This document shows positions 45,436 through 55,740 of a stretch of 64,000 bases of DNA, piece after piece. The notes under the pieces were generated by a model, which was not told the DNA's origin, ran no database searches, and was given only the letters and a program-made list of their open reading frames with translations. The position numbers and the translations under genes are program-made. Each line of letters opens with the position of its first letter. The first letter of the stretch is position 1. This DNA comes from Acidaminococcaceae bacterium (GTDB lineage: Bacteria > Bacillota > Negativicutes > Acidaminococcales > Acidaminococcaceae), in NCBI GenBank assembly GCA_050256135.1, contig JBFWIF010000001.1, forward strand, positions 17,647 to 81,646. The letters are read 5' to 3'.

Positions 45436-46717
45436 AACCGCACCGGTTGAGGTGAGGGAATGTTTTTCTTTTTCGGAGGAGCAAGTTAAACAGGCTTTGA
45501 AGGAGGTTCGCAGCTGTGAGGAATTCCGTGAGTGCGTTTTGCTATCGACTTGCAACCGTACTGAGCTTTATGCTGTCGTCGAGGATGCTGAAACAGCATT
45601 GCCGTTTATGAAGAAATTTTTGCAGCGTGTAGCGGTAAATCCGCCTGCAGCAAATAATTACCTGTTCTTTTATACGGATGAGGATTGCATCAACCACCTG
45701 TTTAGAGTCGCAGCAAGCTTGGATTCTTTGATTATAGGAGAAGGACAAATTCTTAGCCAGGTCAAAAAGGCTTATTCGCTGGCGCGTGATGTTCAGGCGA
45801 CCAGCACTGTTCTCAATACGTTATTTAACAGAGCTATTGCTGTTGGTAAAAAGGTGCGTACTGTGACACATATAGCTTATAATGCCGTGTCAGTAAGTTA
45901 TGCGGCAGTAGAGATGGCGAAGAAGTCTTTTGGAGATTTGAGTGAGTCTACGGTTTTGATTGTCGGTGCAGGACAGATGAGTGAATTAACGGCCAAACAT
46001 CTCGTTGCTAATGGTGTAAAAACTGTGTTTGTTTCTAACCGCAACTATAATAGGGCAGTTGATTTAGCGAAAAAGTTTAGTGGCATAGCTGTACATTTCG
46101 ACGATTATATGCAGGCGGCCAGTAAGGCTGATATTGTAATTACCTCAACTGGTGCACCGCATTATATAGTTCGTTCCTGGGATGTTGCCCATTTGATGCC
46201 AAAAAGGGAAGGGAAACCGCTCATCTTCATTGATATTGCGGTACCGCGGGATGTGGAGCCGGAAGTAGGCGCAATCAAGGGGATAACATTGTATAATATA
46301 GATGATTTGGAAGCAGCTGTAGCTACGAATATCAAATTGAGGAAAAAAGAAGCGCAGGCAGCAGAAAAGATAATTGTTGCTGAACGTGCTGAATTAGTAG
46401 AAAAATTCCAGTATCTTTCTTACCAGCCTGTATTGGCTAATCTGCGTGATAAAGCAGAACGAATGCGGCTTCGGGAAGTTAAACGTGCTTTGGCGAAGCT
46501 GCCGCATATCTCGCCGGAAGAAAGAAAAATCATGGAAAATATGTCAAAGATGATCGTGCGCAAATTGATGCGTGATCCTATGATCAGCATGAATGAAGCA
46601 ACTGGAACAAATAAAGAGAACTTTTATCTTGACGCTATTTGTGGTTTATTCAAACTTGATTCAATAGAGGAGAATAGCAATAATGAAGAAAAAAATTGTT
46701 ATCGGTACGCGCGGTAG
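45404..46717 (+). CDS. hemA: glutamyl-tRNA reductase
   Basis: VLGLNHKTAPVEVRE, LSTCNRTELY, GEGQILSQVK. Confidence 0.95.
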   Translation: MQLVVLGLNHKTAPVEVRECFSFSEEQVKQALKEVRSCEEFRECVLLSTCNRTELYAVVEDAETALPFMKKFLQRVAVNPPAANNYLFFYTDEDCINHLFRVAASLDSLIIGEGQILSQVKKAYSLARDVQATSTVLNTLFNRAIAVGKKVRTVTHIAYNAVSVSYAAVEMAKKSFGDLSESTVLIVGAGQMSELTAKHLVANGVKTVFVSNRNYNRAVDLAKKFSGIAVHFDDYMQAASKADIVITSTGAPHYIVRSWDVAHLMPKREGKPLIFIDIAVPRDVEPEVGAIKGITLYNIDDLEAAVATNIKLRKKEAQAAEKIIVAERAELVEKFQYLSYQPVLANLRDKAERMRLREVKRALAKLPHISPEERKIMENMSKMIVRKLMRDPMISMNEATGTNKENFYLDAICGLFKLDSIEENSNNEEKNCYRYAR

Positions 46718-47609
46718 TAAACTAGCTTTATGGCAGGCAGAACACATCGCCAGTCTTATTCGCGAAAAGTTCCCGACAATTGAGGTTCAATTAAAAAAGA
46801 TAGTTACTACTGGTGATAAGATACTCGATGTGCCGCTGGCAAAAATCGGCGGTAAAGGATTGTTTACGAAAGAACTGGAAAATGCGATGCTGTCCGGTGA
46901 AATTGACTTGGCTGTACACAGTTTGAAGGATATGCCGACTGAGTTGCCTGAAGGTTTGATATTGGCGGCTATTACTACTCGTGCTGATGCCGGCGATGCC
47001 TTCGTCAGCTTGCGTTACCGATCTCTCGCTGAATTACCGCCTGGTTCTAAAGTAGGTACATCCAGTTTGAGGAGAAGAGCGCAGATTCTTAAATACCGCC
47101 CTGATTTGCAGACTATCGATCTGCGGGGCAATCTTGATACCAGGATCAAAAAACTGGAAAATCAGGAAATGGATGCTATTATTCTGGCTGTCGCAGGATT
47201 GAAACGCTTAGGCCTTGAGCAATATATTACGCAGGTGCTGCCTTATGAAATTTGTTTGCCGGCAGTTGGTCAGGGAGCTTTAGCCATTGAAACCAGACAG
47301 AATGATGCTGAGACAATGGCAGTACTGGCATTTTTGAATGACCAGGAAACGATTGCGGCTGTCAGTGCCGAAAGAGCTTATCTAAGAGAAGTACAGGGCG
47401 GCTGTCAGGTTCCTGTAGGTGTGCATGCTGAAGTCCAGGATGAGAAATTGATTTTGGAGGCAACGATTCTGAAAGTGGATGGGTCAAGAGAAATACGTGA
47501 GCAGATTTGCGGAAGCTGCAGTGAAGCAGAAGAACTTGGTATCAAGTTGGCACAAAAAATGCTGGCTGTCGGCGGCAAGGAAATCTTGGATGAATTGATT
47601 GAATATTGA
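46683..47609 (+). CDS. hemC: hydroxymethylbilane synthase (porphobilinogen deaminase)
   Basis: IGTRGSKLALWQA, GGKGLFTKELE, GGCQVP. Confidence 0.95.
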   Translation: MKKKIVIGTRGSKLALWQAEHIASLIREKFPTIEVQLKKIVTTGDKILDVPLAKIGGKGLFTKELENAMLSGEIDLAVHSLKDMPTELPEGLILAAITTRADAGDAFVSLRYRSLAELPPGSKVGTSSLRRRAQILKYRPDLQTIDLRGNLDTRIKKLENQEMDAIILAVAGLKRLGLEQYITQVLPYEICLPAVGQGALAIETRQNDAETMAVLAFLNDQETIAAVSAERAYLREVQGGCQVPVGVHAEVQDEKLILEATILKVDGSREIREQICGSCSEAEELGIKLAQKMLAVGGKEILDELIEY

Positions 47610-47671
47610 TGAGGCAAAATCTTATGTTTGCAGCCTCTAAGGCGCTTACGTATATATTAGGAGGAAAAAAT

Positions 47672-49195
47672 ATGCCAGGAATGGTTTATCTAATAGGGGC
47701 AGGCCCCGGTGATTACAAGCTTATCAGTTTGAAGGGGCACGAATATATTCAGATTGCAGATACTATCGTTTACGATAGGCTGGCCGATGAACGTTTGCTT
47801 GCGGCTGCGCGCCCCGATGCTGAAATGATTTATGTAGGCAAAGCTTCCAGCAAACATACTATGCGTCAGGAAGAAATAAATCAGGTGCTGGTGAACAAAG
47901 CGCAAGAAGGCAAAATTGTTGTGCGCCTAAAGGGCGGTGATCCGTTTGTCTTTGGCCGCGGCGGCGAAGAAGCTCTGAAACTGGTTGAAAATGGTATTCC
48001 TTTTGAAGTTGTGCCAGGTATAACTTCTGCAATTTCTGTGCCTGCGTATGCCGGCATTCCGGTCACGCACAGGGGTATAGCGACTTCTTTTGCGGTGATA
48101 ACCGGGCATGAAGACCCGACGAAGAGTGAATCAACGATTAAATGGGACAAATTGGCGACAGGTGTAGATACGCTTGTATTTTTGATGGGTGTGGAAAATC
48201 TGCCGCACATAACTGCAAAACTCATCGAAAACGGACGTCCGGCAGCAACACCGGCAGCTGTTATTCGCTGGGGTACAAAGCCGGAACAGCGTGTGCTGGA
48301 AACGACGGTAGGCAGAGCTGCACAGGATGTAGCAGAGCAAGGACTAAAACCTCCTGCTATCTTCCTGGTGGGTGAGGTAGCTGCTTTGCGGCAGCAATTG
48401 GCATGGTTCGACACCAAGCCTCTATTCGGCAAAACCGTATTGGTAACCAGGGCCAGGGAACAGGCCAGTGTTTTGACTAACGAATTGGAAAAACTAGGCG
48501 CACGTTGTATTGAGGCACCGGCTATCAAAATTGTAGAACCGGAAAGCTTTCAGCCTTTGGATGATGCTTTGAAAAAGCTTGCACAATATAATTGGGTGAT
48601 CTTCACCAGTGCTAATGGTGTCGAACGCTTTTTCGAACGTCTCTGGTCAGAAGGCTATGACTGCCGTATGCTAAGCAATGCGAAAGTTGCAGCTATTGGC
48701 TCGCAGACTGCAGCAAAATTGAAAAATTACGGCATCAAAGCCGATATCATACCGCCGGAATTTCGCGCCGAAGGTATTGTGGATGCGCTGCAGGGAGAAA
48801 TCGAGCCGGGCATGAATATATTGCTGGCACGGGCACTGGAGGCCAGAGATGTGCTGCCGGAAAAATTGCGCGAGATGGGTGCGAGTGTTAATGTAGTGCC
48901 GGTCTATCGGACAGTAACTGGTACTGCTGATCGTGATTTGGTGCGCGAACAGCTGCAGTCTGGTGCGATTGATATAGTTACTTTTACCAGCTCTTCCACA
49001 GTAACCAATCTTTTGCAGCTGTTGGGTGACGAAGGTGTTAATCTGCTTAAGAAAGCTAAGGTAGCCTGCATTGGACCGATTACAGCTGAAACCTGCGAAG
49101 AACATGGTATCAAGACGGATGTTAAAGCTGAAGAATATACTATTACTGGCTTAGTGAAAGCCATTCGCGAATTGTATGGGGAGGAAGAGAAATGA
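47672..49195 (+). CDS. cobA/hemD: bifunctional uroporphyrinogen-III C-methyltransferase / uroporphyrinogen-III synthase
   Basis: N-terminal [10 protein letters not shown] and [13 protein letters not shown] (SUMT), with a C-terminal HemD-like half. I chose the start at 47672 because AGGAGG precedes it. Confidence 0.9.
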   Translation: MPGMVYLIGAGPGDYKLISLKGHEYIQIADTIVYDRLADERLLAAARPDAEMIYVGKASSKHTMRQEEINQVLVNKAQEGKIVVRLKGGDPFVFGRGGEEALKLVENGIPFEVVPGITSAISVPAYAGIPVTHRGIATSFAVITGHEDPTKSESTIKWDKLATGVDTLVFLMGVENLPHITAKLIENGRPAATPAAVIRWGTKPEQRVLETTVGRAAQDVAEQGLKPPAIFLVGEVAALRQQLAWFDTKPLFGKTVLVTRAREQASVLTNELEKLGARCIEAPAIKIVEPESFQPLDDALKKLAQYNWVIFTSANGVERFFERLWSEGYDCRMLSNAKVAAIGSQTAAKLKNYGIKADIIPPEFRAEGIVDALQGEIEPGMNILLARALEARDVLPEKLREMGASVNVVPVYRTVTGTADRDLVREQLQSGAIDIVTFTSSSTVTNLLQLLGDEGVNLLKKAKVACIGPITAETCEEHGIKTDVKAEEYTITGLVKAIRELYGEEEK

Positions 49196-50169
49196 CAACA
49201 CCTTTTATTCGCCCCCGACGCCTGCGGGTATCGGCCGGTGTACGTACGCTGGTGCGTGAAACTGAATTATCCGCAGCAGATTTTATTTTTCCGCTGTTTG
49301 TAGTGCCAGGAACAGGCATCAAGGAAGAAATCACCTCTTTACCGGGGATTTACCATCTTTCTCCGGACATGGCGGTGAAGTTAGCCAAAGAAGCTTACGA
49401 GGCAGGCATTCCTGCTGTTATTGTCTTCGGTTTGCCAGAGTATAAGGATGAACAAGGCTCCAGCGCCTGGGATGCTGCGAGCCCTGTGCAGGAGGCAATT
49501 CGCCGGATCAAGGCAGCGCTGCCGGAACTCGTTGTTGTCAGCGACGTTTGTCTCTGCCAATATACCAGCCATGGCCATTGCGGCATGCTGAACGGTGAAA
49601 AAATTGACAATGATTCCACGCTGCCGCTTTTGGCACAAACTGCGCTCAGCCATGCGGAGGCAGGAGCAGATATTGTCGCTCCTTCCGATATGATGGACGG
49701 CCGCGTACTGGCCATTCGGGAAAAATTAGACGAGCATGGTTTTCAGGATGTGTCCATCATGTCTTATTCTGTCAAATATGCATCGGCCTATTACGGACCT
49801 TTCCGCGAAGCAGCGGATTCTGCTCCGCAGTTCGGTGACCGCCGTTCTTACCAGATGGACCCAGCGAATGCACGCGAAGCAGTAAGAGAAGCTGTTTTGG
49901 ATGTAGCTGAAGGTGCTGATATGCTGATGGTCAAGCCGGCACTCGCTTATCTTGATGTGGTGCGCCAGATTCGCGATAATTTTGATCTGACTTTGGCAGT
50001 TTATAATGTCAGTGGCGAATATGCCATGGTCAAGGCTGCAGCAGCCAACGGTTGGATTGATGAGAAACGCATTGTTTTGGAAACGCTGCTCGGTATGAAA
50101 AGAGCAGGTGCAGATATTATTATTACATATCATGCTTTGGATGCAGCACGCTGGCTGCAGGAGCAATAA
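49192..50169 (+). CDS. hemB: porphobilinogen synthase (delta-aminolevulinate dehydratase)
   Basis: RPRRLR N-terminus, the Zn-type Cys cluster [14 protein letters not shown], and active-site Lys regions. Confidence 0.95.
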   Translation: MTTPFIRPRRLRVSAGVRTLVRETELSAADFIFPLFVVPGTGIKEEITSLPGIYHLSPDMAVKLAKEAYEAGIPAVIVFGLPEYKDEQGSSAWDAASPVQEAIRRIKAALPELVVVSDVCLCQYTSHGHCGMLNGEKIDNDSTLPLLAQTALSHAEAGADIVAPSDMMDGRVLAIREKLDEHGFQDVSIMSYSVKYASAYYGPFREAADSAPQFGDRRSYQMDPANAREAVREAVLDVAEGADMLMVKPALAYLDVVRQIRDNFDLTLAVYNVSGEYAMVKAAAANGWIDEKRIVLETLLGMKRAGADIIITYHALDAARWLQEQ

Positions 50170-50209
50170 GCCTTTTTAAATTTGAGGAATGAAGGAGTAC
50201 GGAAAAGCT

Positions 50210-51523
50210 ATGACATTAAATCTGGAAAAATCAGCGGCAGCTTTTGCCGAAGCAAAACAAGTCATCCCCGGCGGGGTTAACAGCCCGGTGCGTTCTTTCC
50301 GCAGTGCCGGCGGTACACCGCCTTTCATTGCCAAGGCTAACGGCAGTCATATATATGATATTGATGGCAATAAATACATTGATTATATTGAATCCTGGGG
50401 CCCGATGATTTTGGGACATGCTCATCCTGTGGTGACGGAAGCTTTGCAGAAAGCATTACTTTTAGGAACGAGTTACGGTGCGCCGACTTTGCTGGAAACG
50501 GAACTCGCTGAGCTTGTCACAAAAGCGGTTCCTTCCATTGAGATGGTGAGAATGGTCAACTCCGGTACAGAAGCGACAATGAGTGTTTTGAGACTCGCCA
50601 GGGCTTATACGAAACGTAATAAAATTATTAAATTTGCCGGCTGTTACCACGGCCATCATGACAGTCTTCTGGTGAAAGCCGGTTCAGGTGCAACTACTTT
50701 CGGTGTACCGGACAGTCCTGGCGTGCCGCCAAGTGTTGCTGACGGTACGATTGCGGTTGAATATAATGACGCAAAACAGCTGGCAGAAGTTTTCAGCCGT
50801 ATGGGAGAAGAAATTGCTGCCGTAATTATTGAACCGGTGCCCGGTAATATGGGTATGGTGCTGCCGAAGACCGGTTATTTGGAAAAAGTCAGGGAGCTGA
50901 CAAGCCAATATGGAGCTCTCTTGATTTTTGATGAGGTTATGTCCGGTTTCCGTGTCGCTTATGGCGGCGCGCAGTCAATTTTTGGTATTAAACCTGATCT
51001 GACCTGTCTAGGCAAAGTAATCGGCGGCGGGCTGCCGGTAGGTGCTTACGGCGGGCGCAGGGATATTATGGAACACATCGCACCGGCTGGACCTGTTTAT
51101 CAGGCGGGTACCTTGAGCGGTAATCCGCTGGCGATGACGGCAGGCATTGCTACGTTAAAAATTATTAATTCTGACCAGGATTTCTATCAAAAACTAAGTG
51201 CCAAAGTACAGGCATTAAGTGCTGGTATCAAGCAGCAAGCTGAAAAACATGGTTTGACGCTGCAATATCACAGCCTTGGTTCCATGATGTGCATTTTCTT
51301 TAGCGAAGAGCCGGTCTATGATTATGAGAGTGCCAAAAAATCAGATGTCGGTGCTTTTAATACATATTTCCATGCTATGCTGGAAGAAGGAATTTACCTT
51401 GCTCCTTCCCAGTTTGAGGCTGGTTTTATGTCAGCGGCTCACAGCGAAGCTGATATTGCGGCTACTATTGAAGCCAGCGGCAAGGCCTTTGCCAAAGTTG
51501 CCGAATATTACAGCAAAAAATAA
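50210..51523 (+). CDS. hemL: glutamate-1-semialdehyde 2,1-aminomutase
   Basis: [10 protein letters not shown], the GTEA motif and the PLP-Lys region LGKVIGGG. The start is uncertain: 50210 or the upstream ATG at 50189. Confidence 0.9.
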   Translation: MTLNLEKSAAAFAEAKQVIPGGVNSPVRSFRSAGGTPPFIAKANGSHIYDIDGNKYIDYIESWGPMILGHAHPVVTEALQKALLLGTSYGAPTLLETELAELVTKAVPSIEMVRMVNSGTEATMSVLRLARAYTKRNKIIKFAGCYHGHHDSLLVKAGSGATTFGVPDSPGVPPSVADGTIAVEYNDAKQLAEVFSRMGEEIAAVIIEPVPGNMGMVLPKTGYLEKVRELTSQYGALLIFDEVMSGFRVAYGGAQSIFGIKPDLTCLGKVIGGGLPVGAYGGRRDIMEHIAPAGPVYQAGTLSGNPLAMTAGIATLKIINSDQDFYQKLSAKVQALSAGIKQQAEKHGLTLQYHSLGSMMCIFFSEEPVYDYESAKKSDVGAFNTYFHAMLEEGIYLAPSQFEAGFMSAAHSEADIAATIEASGKAFAKVAEYYSKK

Positions 51524-51544
51524 AATATTGCTTAGAGAAGAAAT

Positions 51545-51572
51545 AGCCCTCGCAAAATTTGCGAGGGCTTTA
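51545..51572 (+). terminator. hairpin terminator after hemL
   Basis: AGCCCTCGC / GCGAGGGCT stem with a weak T tail. Confidence 0.5.
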
Positions 51573-51637
51573 AAGTTGTGGCAGGGAAAGAAAATTAGGC
51601 GTATAATAGATGAATCAAAACAAAGAGGTGATGCAAA

Positions 51638-52330
51638 ATGGATATGCCTGCAATAACATTGCCGGCAGCCGTAACAGATACGATTCAGAGCTGGAGTACC
51701 GAAAGCCCCGTACTGGATTTATCCGACAGACTTGGCGTAGTGAAAGAAACTTGGGATCTGCAGACCTTCAGTGATTTGCAGGATGGTAAAGTCGCTGTGC
51801 CTGACGAAGTAATTAACGACACTTTAGCGAAGGCTATTGATGATAGCGAGCGCGTGAAGGAACTTACGATAGAGTCCCTGGAAAACCATCAGTTGAAAGT
51901 GACGGCTGTCACAGCAAAATCAGGAAAGCTTGTTATGATTTGTCAGCTGGAGCAGTTCGAACATGATAAAGACCACTCTGTGATTAAATTAAAAGCCTTG
52001 AGTAAACAATTGCCGGACAGACCAATGATGTCTTGGATTTTTTCCCGCATCAGTTTGTCTCTTGCTGCTAAACTTGTAGGTCATATTGATCCTGGTAAAG
52101 GCGTAAACATACAATTTAATGGCAACGAGATAACTGTTGACTTTCATCAGGCTTTGTATCAATCAGCTATCGGCGGCGTGGAATTGTTTGGCTATAGGCC
52201 GCTTGATTATCTGACTGTCTATAGTGCGATGCCGAATAAAGGCTATGTAGAATTTCAAACCAATCTGGCTTTGCCGGATAATATCAAAGGAATAATTCAG
52301 AATTCATTGCAGTTGGCACAAAACTCTTGA
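51638..52330 (+). CDS. hypothetical protein
   Basis: 230-aa ORF with RBS AGAGGTG. I recognise no family. Confidence 0.5.
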   Translation: MDMPAITLPAAVTDTIQSWSTESPVLDLSDRLGVVKETWDLQTFSDLQDGKVAVPDEVINDTLAKAIDDSERVKELTIESLENHQLKVTAVTAKSGKLVMICQLEQFEHDKDHSVIKLKALSKQLPDRPMMSWIFSRISLSLAAKLVGHIDPGKGVNIQFNGNEITVDFHQALYQSAIGGVELFGYRPLDYLTVYSAMPNKGYVEFQTNLALPDNIKGIIQNSLQLAQNS

Positions 52331-52331
52331 T

Positions 52332-52369
52332 AAAAAAGCATCCCACACTTTTTGTGTGGGATGCTTTTT
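52332..52369. terminator. bidirectional rho-independent terminator
   Basis: AGCATCCCACAC / GTGTGGGATGCT perfect hairpin flanked by an A-run and a T-run. Confidence 0.7.
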
Positions 52370-53252
52370 AAGTATGTGCTTTATTTTTATAAAACAAGAA
52401 TAAACCGAGACCTACCAAGGTGACTATGATGCCGATACCTTGCCGCAGAGTTATAAGTTCGCCGAGAATAAAATAGGCCAAAATACAGGTGCCGATTGTT
52501 TCGCCCAATATACTCATGGAGATAACGGAGGTGCTGAGCCATTTTAACAGCCAGTTAAGCAGCATTTGCCCTAAGATGGTCGAGATGAAGGCTATACCGA
52601 GAAAGGCAGCCCAGGTATTTTGAGAGTAATCAATGAAAGATAGCTGTTGACTGATGGCATAGAATGCCAAGAAAAATGTGCTGGCGGCATAACCTAAGAT
52701 AGAATAAGGCACTACCGCTAGTTTTTGCCGCATATGCTGTCCAATAAAAAAATAGGCAGTGATAAAACCAGCAGCAATGAAAGCAAGCAGATCGCCGTAG
52801 AGAGCCTGCATACTGATTTGAAAATCTCCCCAGGCAATAATGAAACTGCCAAGCAAAGCAACGATACTGCTGATAATCGCACCAAAATTAAACCGTTCTT
52901 TAAATAAGAAATAGCCGCCTACAAACGAAAAGAGTGGTTGTAAGGTCACGATAACGGTTGAACTGGCAACAGACGTGTAGTTGAGCGATTCAAACCATAA
53001 GATGTAATGTATAGCAAGAAAGAGCCCTGATAACAGTCCTGTCTGGAATTGACGCCTGGAAAGAGAACGCAGATCATGCCAATAAGTTTTATCCAAAAGC
53101 AAAAGCGGCAAGAGCAATAGCAGTGCGAAGAGAAGACGGTAGAAAGCCGTAATTGCAGAGGGAGCAGCTGCTAGTTTTACAAAGATGGCCGAAGTCGATA
53201 GGGCCAATACGCCTAAAAATAAAGTTAGATAATGTAGAATTCCTGCTTGCAT
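52368..53252 (-). CDS. EamA/DMT-family transporter
   Basis: Ten-TM pattern with two EamA halves. I chose the start at 53252 because AAGGAG lies 7 nt upstream. Confidence 0.8.
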   Translation of the reverse strand: MQAGILHYLTLFLGVLALSTSAIFVKLAAAPSAITAFYRLLFALLLLLPLLLLDKTYWHDLRSLSRRQFQTGLLSGLFLAIHYILWFESLNYTSVASSTVIVTLQPLFSFVGGYFLFKERFNFGAIISSIVALLGSFIIAWGDFQISMQALYGDLLAFIAAGFITAYFFIGQHMRQKLAVVPYSILGYAASTFFLAFYAISQQLSFIDYSQNTWAAFLGIAFISTILGQMLLNWLLKWLSTSVISMSILGETIGTCILAYFILGELITLRQGIGIIVTLVGLGLFLFYKNKAHT

Positions 53253-53352
53253 CAGATGACTCCTTATGTTGCTGATTATAAAATGCATTATATTATATTT
53301 GCGGTCGCAATTACAACATTATTTAATAACTATCATATAAGACTATTAAGAT

Positions 53353-53388
53353 AAAAATCCTCTGCATTTAAACGCAGAGGATTTTTTT
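53353..53388 (-). terminator. rho-independent terminator
   Basis: AATCCTCTGC / GCAGAGGATT hairpin with T-runs on both strands. Confidence 0.6.
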
Positions 53389-53809
53389 ATCTTAGAAGCG
53401 GTAGGAAACCAGTTAGTTTATTTACTTTTTTCTTGTCGCCATAAATGGCTATGCCCAGATAGTTATGTTTTTCTTCCTGCACAGAGGCTGCTTTTGCAAC
53501 ATACTCGCTGTAAATGTTGCAGCTCTGCGCTACGTCAGAAAAATCGACAGCAACTAAATTACTGAATTCTTCATTGTACAATTTTTCTCTCAGCATTTTG
53601 AGACTTTCCTGATTTCCTTTTAACATAGCCACAGGTATCGATATAATACCAAGGTGTGTTTTGTGTGAAGCATCAAGCACATTAGGCCCTACCTGCTCTG
53701 GTACCTGCTTGCCAAGAGTAATACCCAATATCGCAGAAGTATTAGCAATAACACCTAGTGGTAATTCTGCATCTATAACCATCACACATTTTTTTGCTGA
53801 ATCTGACAT
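53387..53809 (-). CDS. DUF2000-family protein
   Basis: KCVMVIDAELPLGVIANTSAILGITLG N-terminus is typical of DUF2000. Confidence 0.7.
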   Translation of the reverse strand: MSDSAKKCVMVIDAELPLGVIANTSAILGITLGKQVPEQVGPNVLDASHKTHLGIISIPVAMLKGNQESLKMLREKLYNEEFSNLVAVDFSDVAQSCNIYSEYVAKAASVQEEKHNYLGIAIYGDKKKVNKLTGFLPLLR

Positions 53810-53824
53810 TGCAAGCGCTCCTTA

Positions 53825-54637
53825 TTATTTGAAAATTTTCATGTATTGTTTTGGTGTTAAACCAATGAATTTTTTGAAAAAATTGGAAAAATGACTTTGG
53901 TCGGTAAAACCAGTCTGCAGAGCTGTTTCAAGTGGAGAAATACCTTGTTCCAGAAGTTTTTTTGCTTTGACGATGCGAATCGTTTCTAAGTAACTATAGG
54001 GAGAAATTCCTTTTTGTTTGGTAAAAGAACGCAATAGGTGGTATTTGCTGAGCCCAGTCAGGCTGCTTAACTGATTCAAAGTGATATTTTCTTTATAGTT
54101 TTTTTCTAAAAACTCACATATGGCATTGATTTCTGCGCTTAGTTCAAGTTGTGGAGATGTAGTTTTTTGCTCAGTAAATTCTGCAATCAGCTGTTCTAAG
54201 AGAAAGAAAAACAACTCTTCCTTGCGAAAATCTTTTTCTTCGTGCATGATGATTAAATGCAGTTCTCGTAACAGCGTGACAAGTTCACTATGAAAGACAA
54301 CCTGTGTTGTAAAATAGGGCAGATAATCTTTACCAGTTATTTCTAAAACCGCTTTCTTCATGATTTCCGGTTGAATATTTAGACAGCGATAATCCAAAGT
54401 CCTGTCATCTATTTGAACGCAAGTATGATTATCACCAGGATTAAACAATAATAAATCGCCAGGTTCAACAGTATACTCGTTGTTTTTACAGGAGAGATGA
54501 CGTTGTCCGTTTTCGATGAAACCTATAACATAATGTTCATGAAAATGGTTAGGAAATTTTTGCATGATACCTTGGAAATGATAGGCTTCAACATTGAGCT
54601 CAAAGTCATACTTTACTGTCCGAATTTCATTTTTCAC
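53825..54637 (-). CDS. AraC-family transcriptional regulator (cupin + HTH)
   Basis: C-terminal AraC HTH (LSSLTGLSKYHLLRSF...TGFTDQSHFSNFFKK) and an N-terminal cupin-like domain. GTG start. Confidence 0.9.
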   Translation of the reverse strand: MKNEIRTVKYDFELNVEAYHFQGIMQKFPNHFHEHYVIGFIENGQRHLSCKNNEYTVEPGDLLLFNPGDNHTCVQIDDRTLDYRCLNIQPEIMKKAVLEITGKDYLPYFTTQVVFHSELVTLLRELHLIIMHEEKDFRKEELFFFLLEQLIAEFTEQKTTSPQLELSAEINAICEFLEKNYKENITLNQLSSLTGLSKYHLLRSFTKQKGISPYSYLETIRIVKAKKLLEQGISPLETALQTGFTDQSHFSNFFKKFIGLTPKQYMKIFK

Positions 54638-54772
54638 CCAATAATCCTCCTTCCTTATTACTCTGATACTTAGTGTAGCATCAGTGATAAGAGATTTTCT
54701 TGTATGATGTTGCTTTATTTTTCTAAAAAAAGAGGAAAACGAAAAAATCTCCCTATGAAGGGAGATGAAATC

Positions 54773-54940
54773 TTATTTTACTTTTTTGTCTTTCTTTTTA
54801 TTTTTCATGTATTCTGTGAAGAAGAGCAGAGCCCGATAGGCACCATAAAGTGATTGAACAACAAATAATATTACAAGCAAGGCAAGTAAAACAGGAGATA
54901 GCCCTGAACCCGTCTTGAAAATAGCATCTTTAGCAAACAT
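54773..54940 (-). CDS. small (55 aa) single-TM protein, not in the supplied ORF track
   Basis: Encodes MFAKDAIFKTGSGLSPVLLALLVILFVVQSLYGAYRALLFFTEYMKNKKKDKKVK. AGGAG lies 8 nt upstream, and a TCTCCCT / AGGGAGA hairpin plus T-run follows on the minus strand at about 54744-54766. Confidence 0.4.
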   Translation of the reverse strand: MFAKDAIFKTGSGLSPVLLALLVILFVVQSLYGAYRALLFFTEYMKNKKKDKKVK

Positions 54941-55146
54941 ATGAAGGACTCCTAACTCTCAAGCATTAAAATGCTTTTATAGATATAATTAACAACAAGA
55001 AAATAATGTGAAATATTTTAGTTGTTTGAAAGATTAGTTAAGAAATATTAAATGATATTTTATTATAGCATTTGCACAAGTGGTTGTTCGAAAAATTCTA
55101 TTGTCGAATTAAATTGTCCGGAAAATCGACGGTGATATTTAAAAAA

Positions 55147-55542
55147 CTATTTTTTAGTCAGGTATTCTTTTTCGATAGAATCAATATCTTTAATGACGTC
55201 TTGCCCAAAAAGGCTGATCATTTTTGACTTGGCCTTTTCTTTTACAGACTTATCTATATATATCAAGCAAACTGCTACTGCAAATACAAGTACACCTAAG
55301 TCATCGCTATATCCGACTGCCGGTATTAGGTCAGAAATTGCATCCAAAGGTAAGATGAAGTAGCCAAGAGCACTTAATACGGTTCCTTTAACTTTTAGCG
55401 GGACTCCCGGTTTTAGAGCGGCATAATATAGGAGCAAAGCCAGATATATTACTGATGTACCCGCCATCTTGGCATATTTAGCAATCTTATCAAAAAATGA
55501 TTTTTCGGAATAATTATCTTCGTAATTCATATAATTCTTCAT
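55147..55542 (-). CDS. YkvA/DUF1232-family membrane protein
   Basis: ILPLDAISDLIPAVGYSDDLGVL motif. Confidence 0.75.
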   Translation of the reverse strand: MKNYMNYEDNYSEKSFFDKIAKYAKMAGTSVIYLALLLYYAALKPGVPLKVKGTVLSALGYFILPLDAISDLIPAVGYSDDLGVLVFAVAVCLIYIDKSVKEKAKSKMISLFGQDVIKDIDSIEKEYLTKK

Positions 55543-55740
55543 CTGCCTTTCAGTTTATATTAATTTTGTCTGAGTAGTTTTTTCTACAAAATTTATAAAA
55601 ATTCCTTCTCTGCCTGTGAATTACAACAAAAAAGCTCCCGTTAGAGGGAGCTAACATCATGAACATTATTGTTATGATGCATTTTGCTGAACAAGCATAT
55701 TATTTGGTATTCGTATATTGATACTGGCTCTTCATAGATT

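Noticed and set aside
47881-48528. 215-aa minus-strand ORF inside cobA/hemD
   Set aside because: It is antisense to a gene with unmistakable SUMT motifs. Its composition is typical of the reverse frame of a higher-GC gene.
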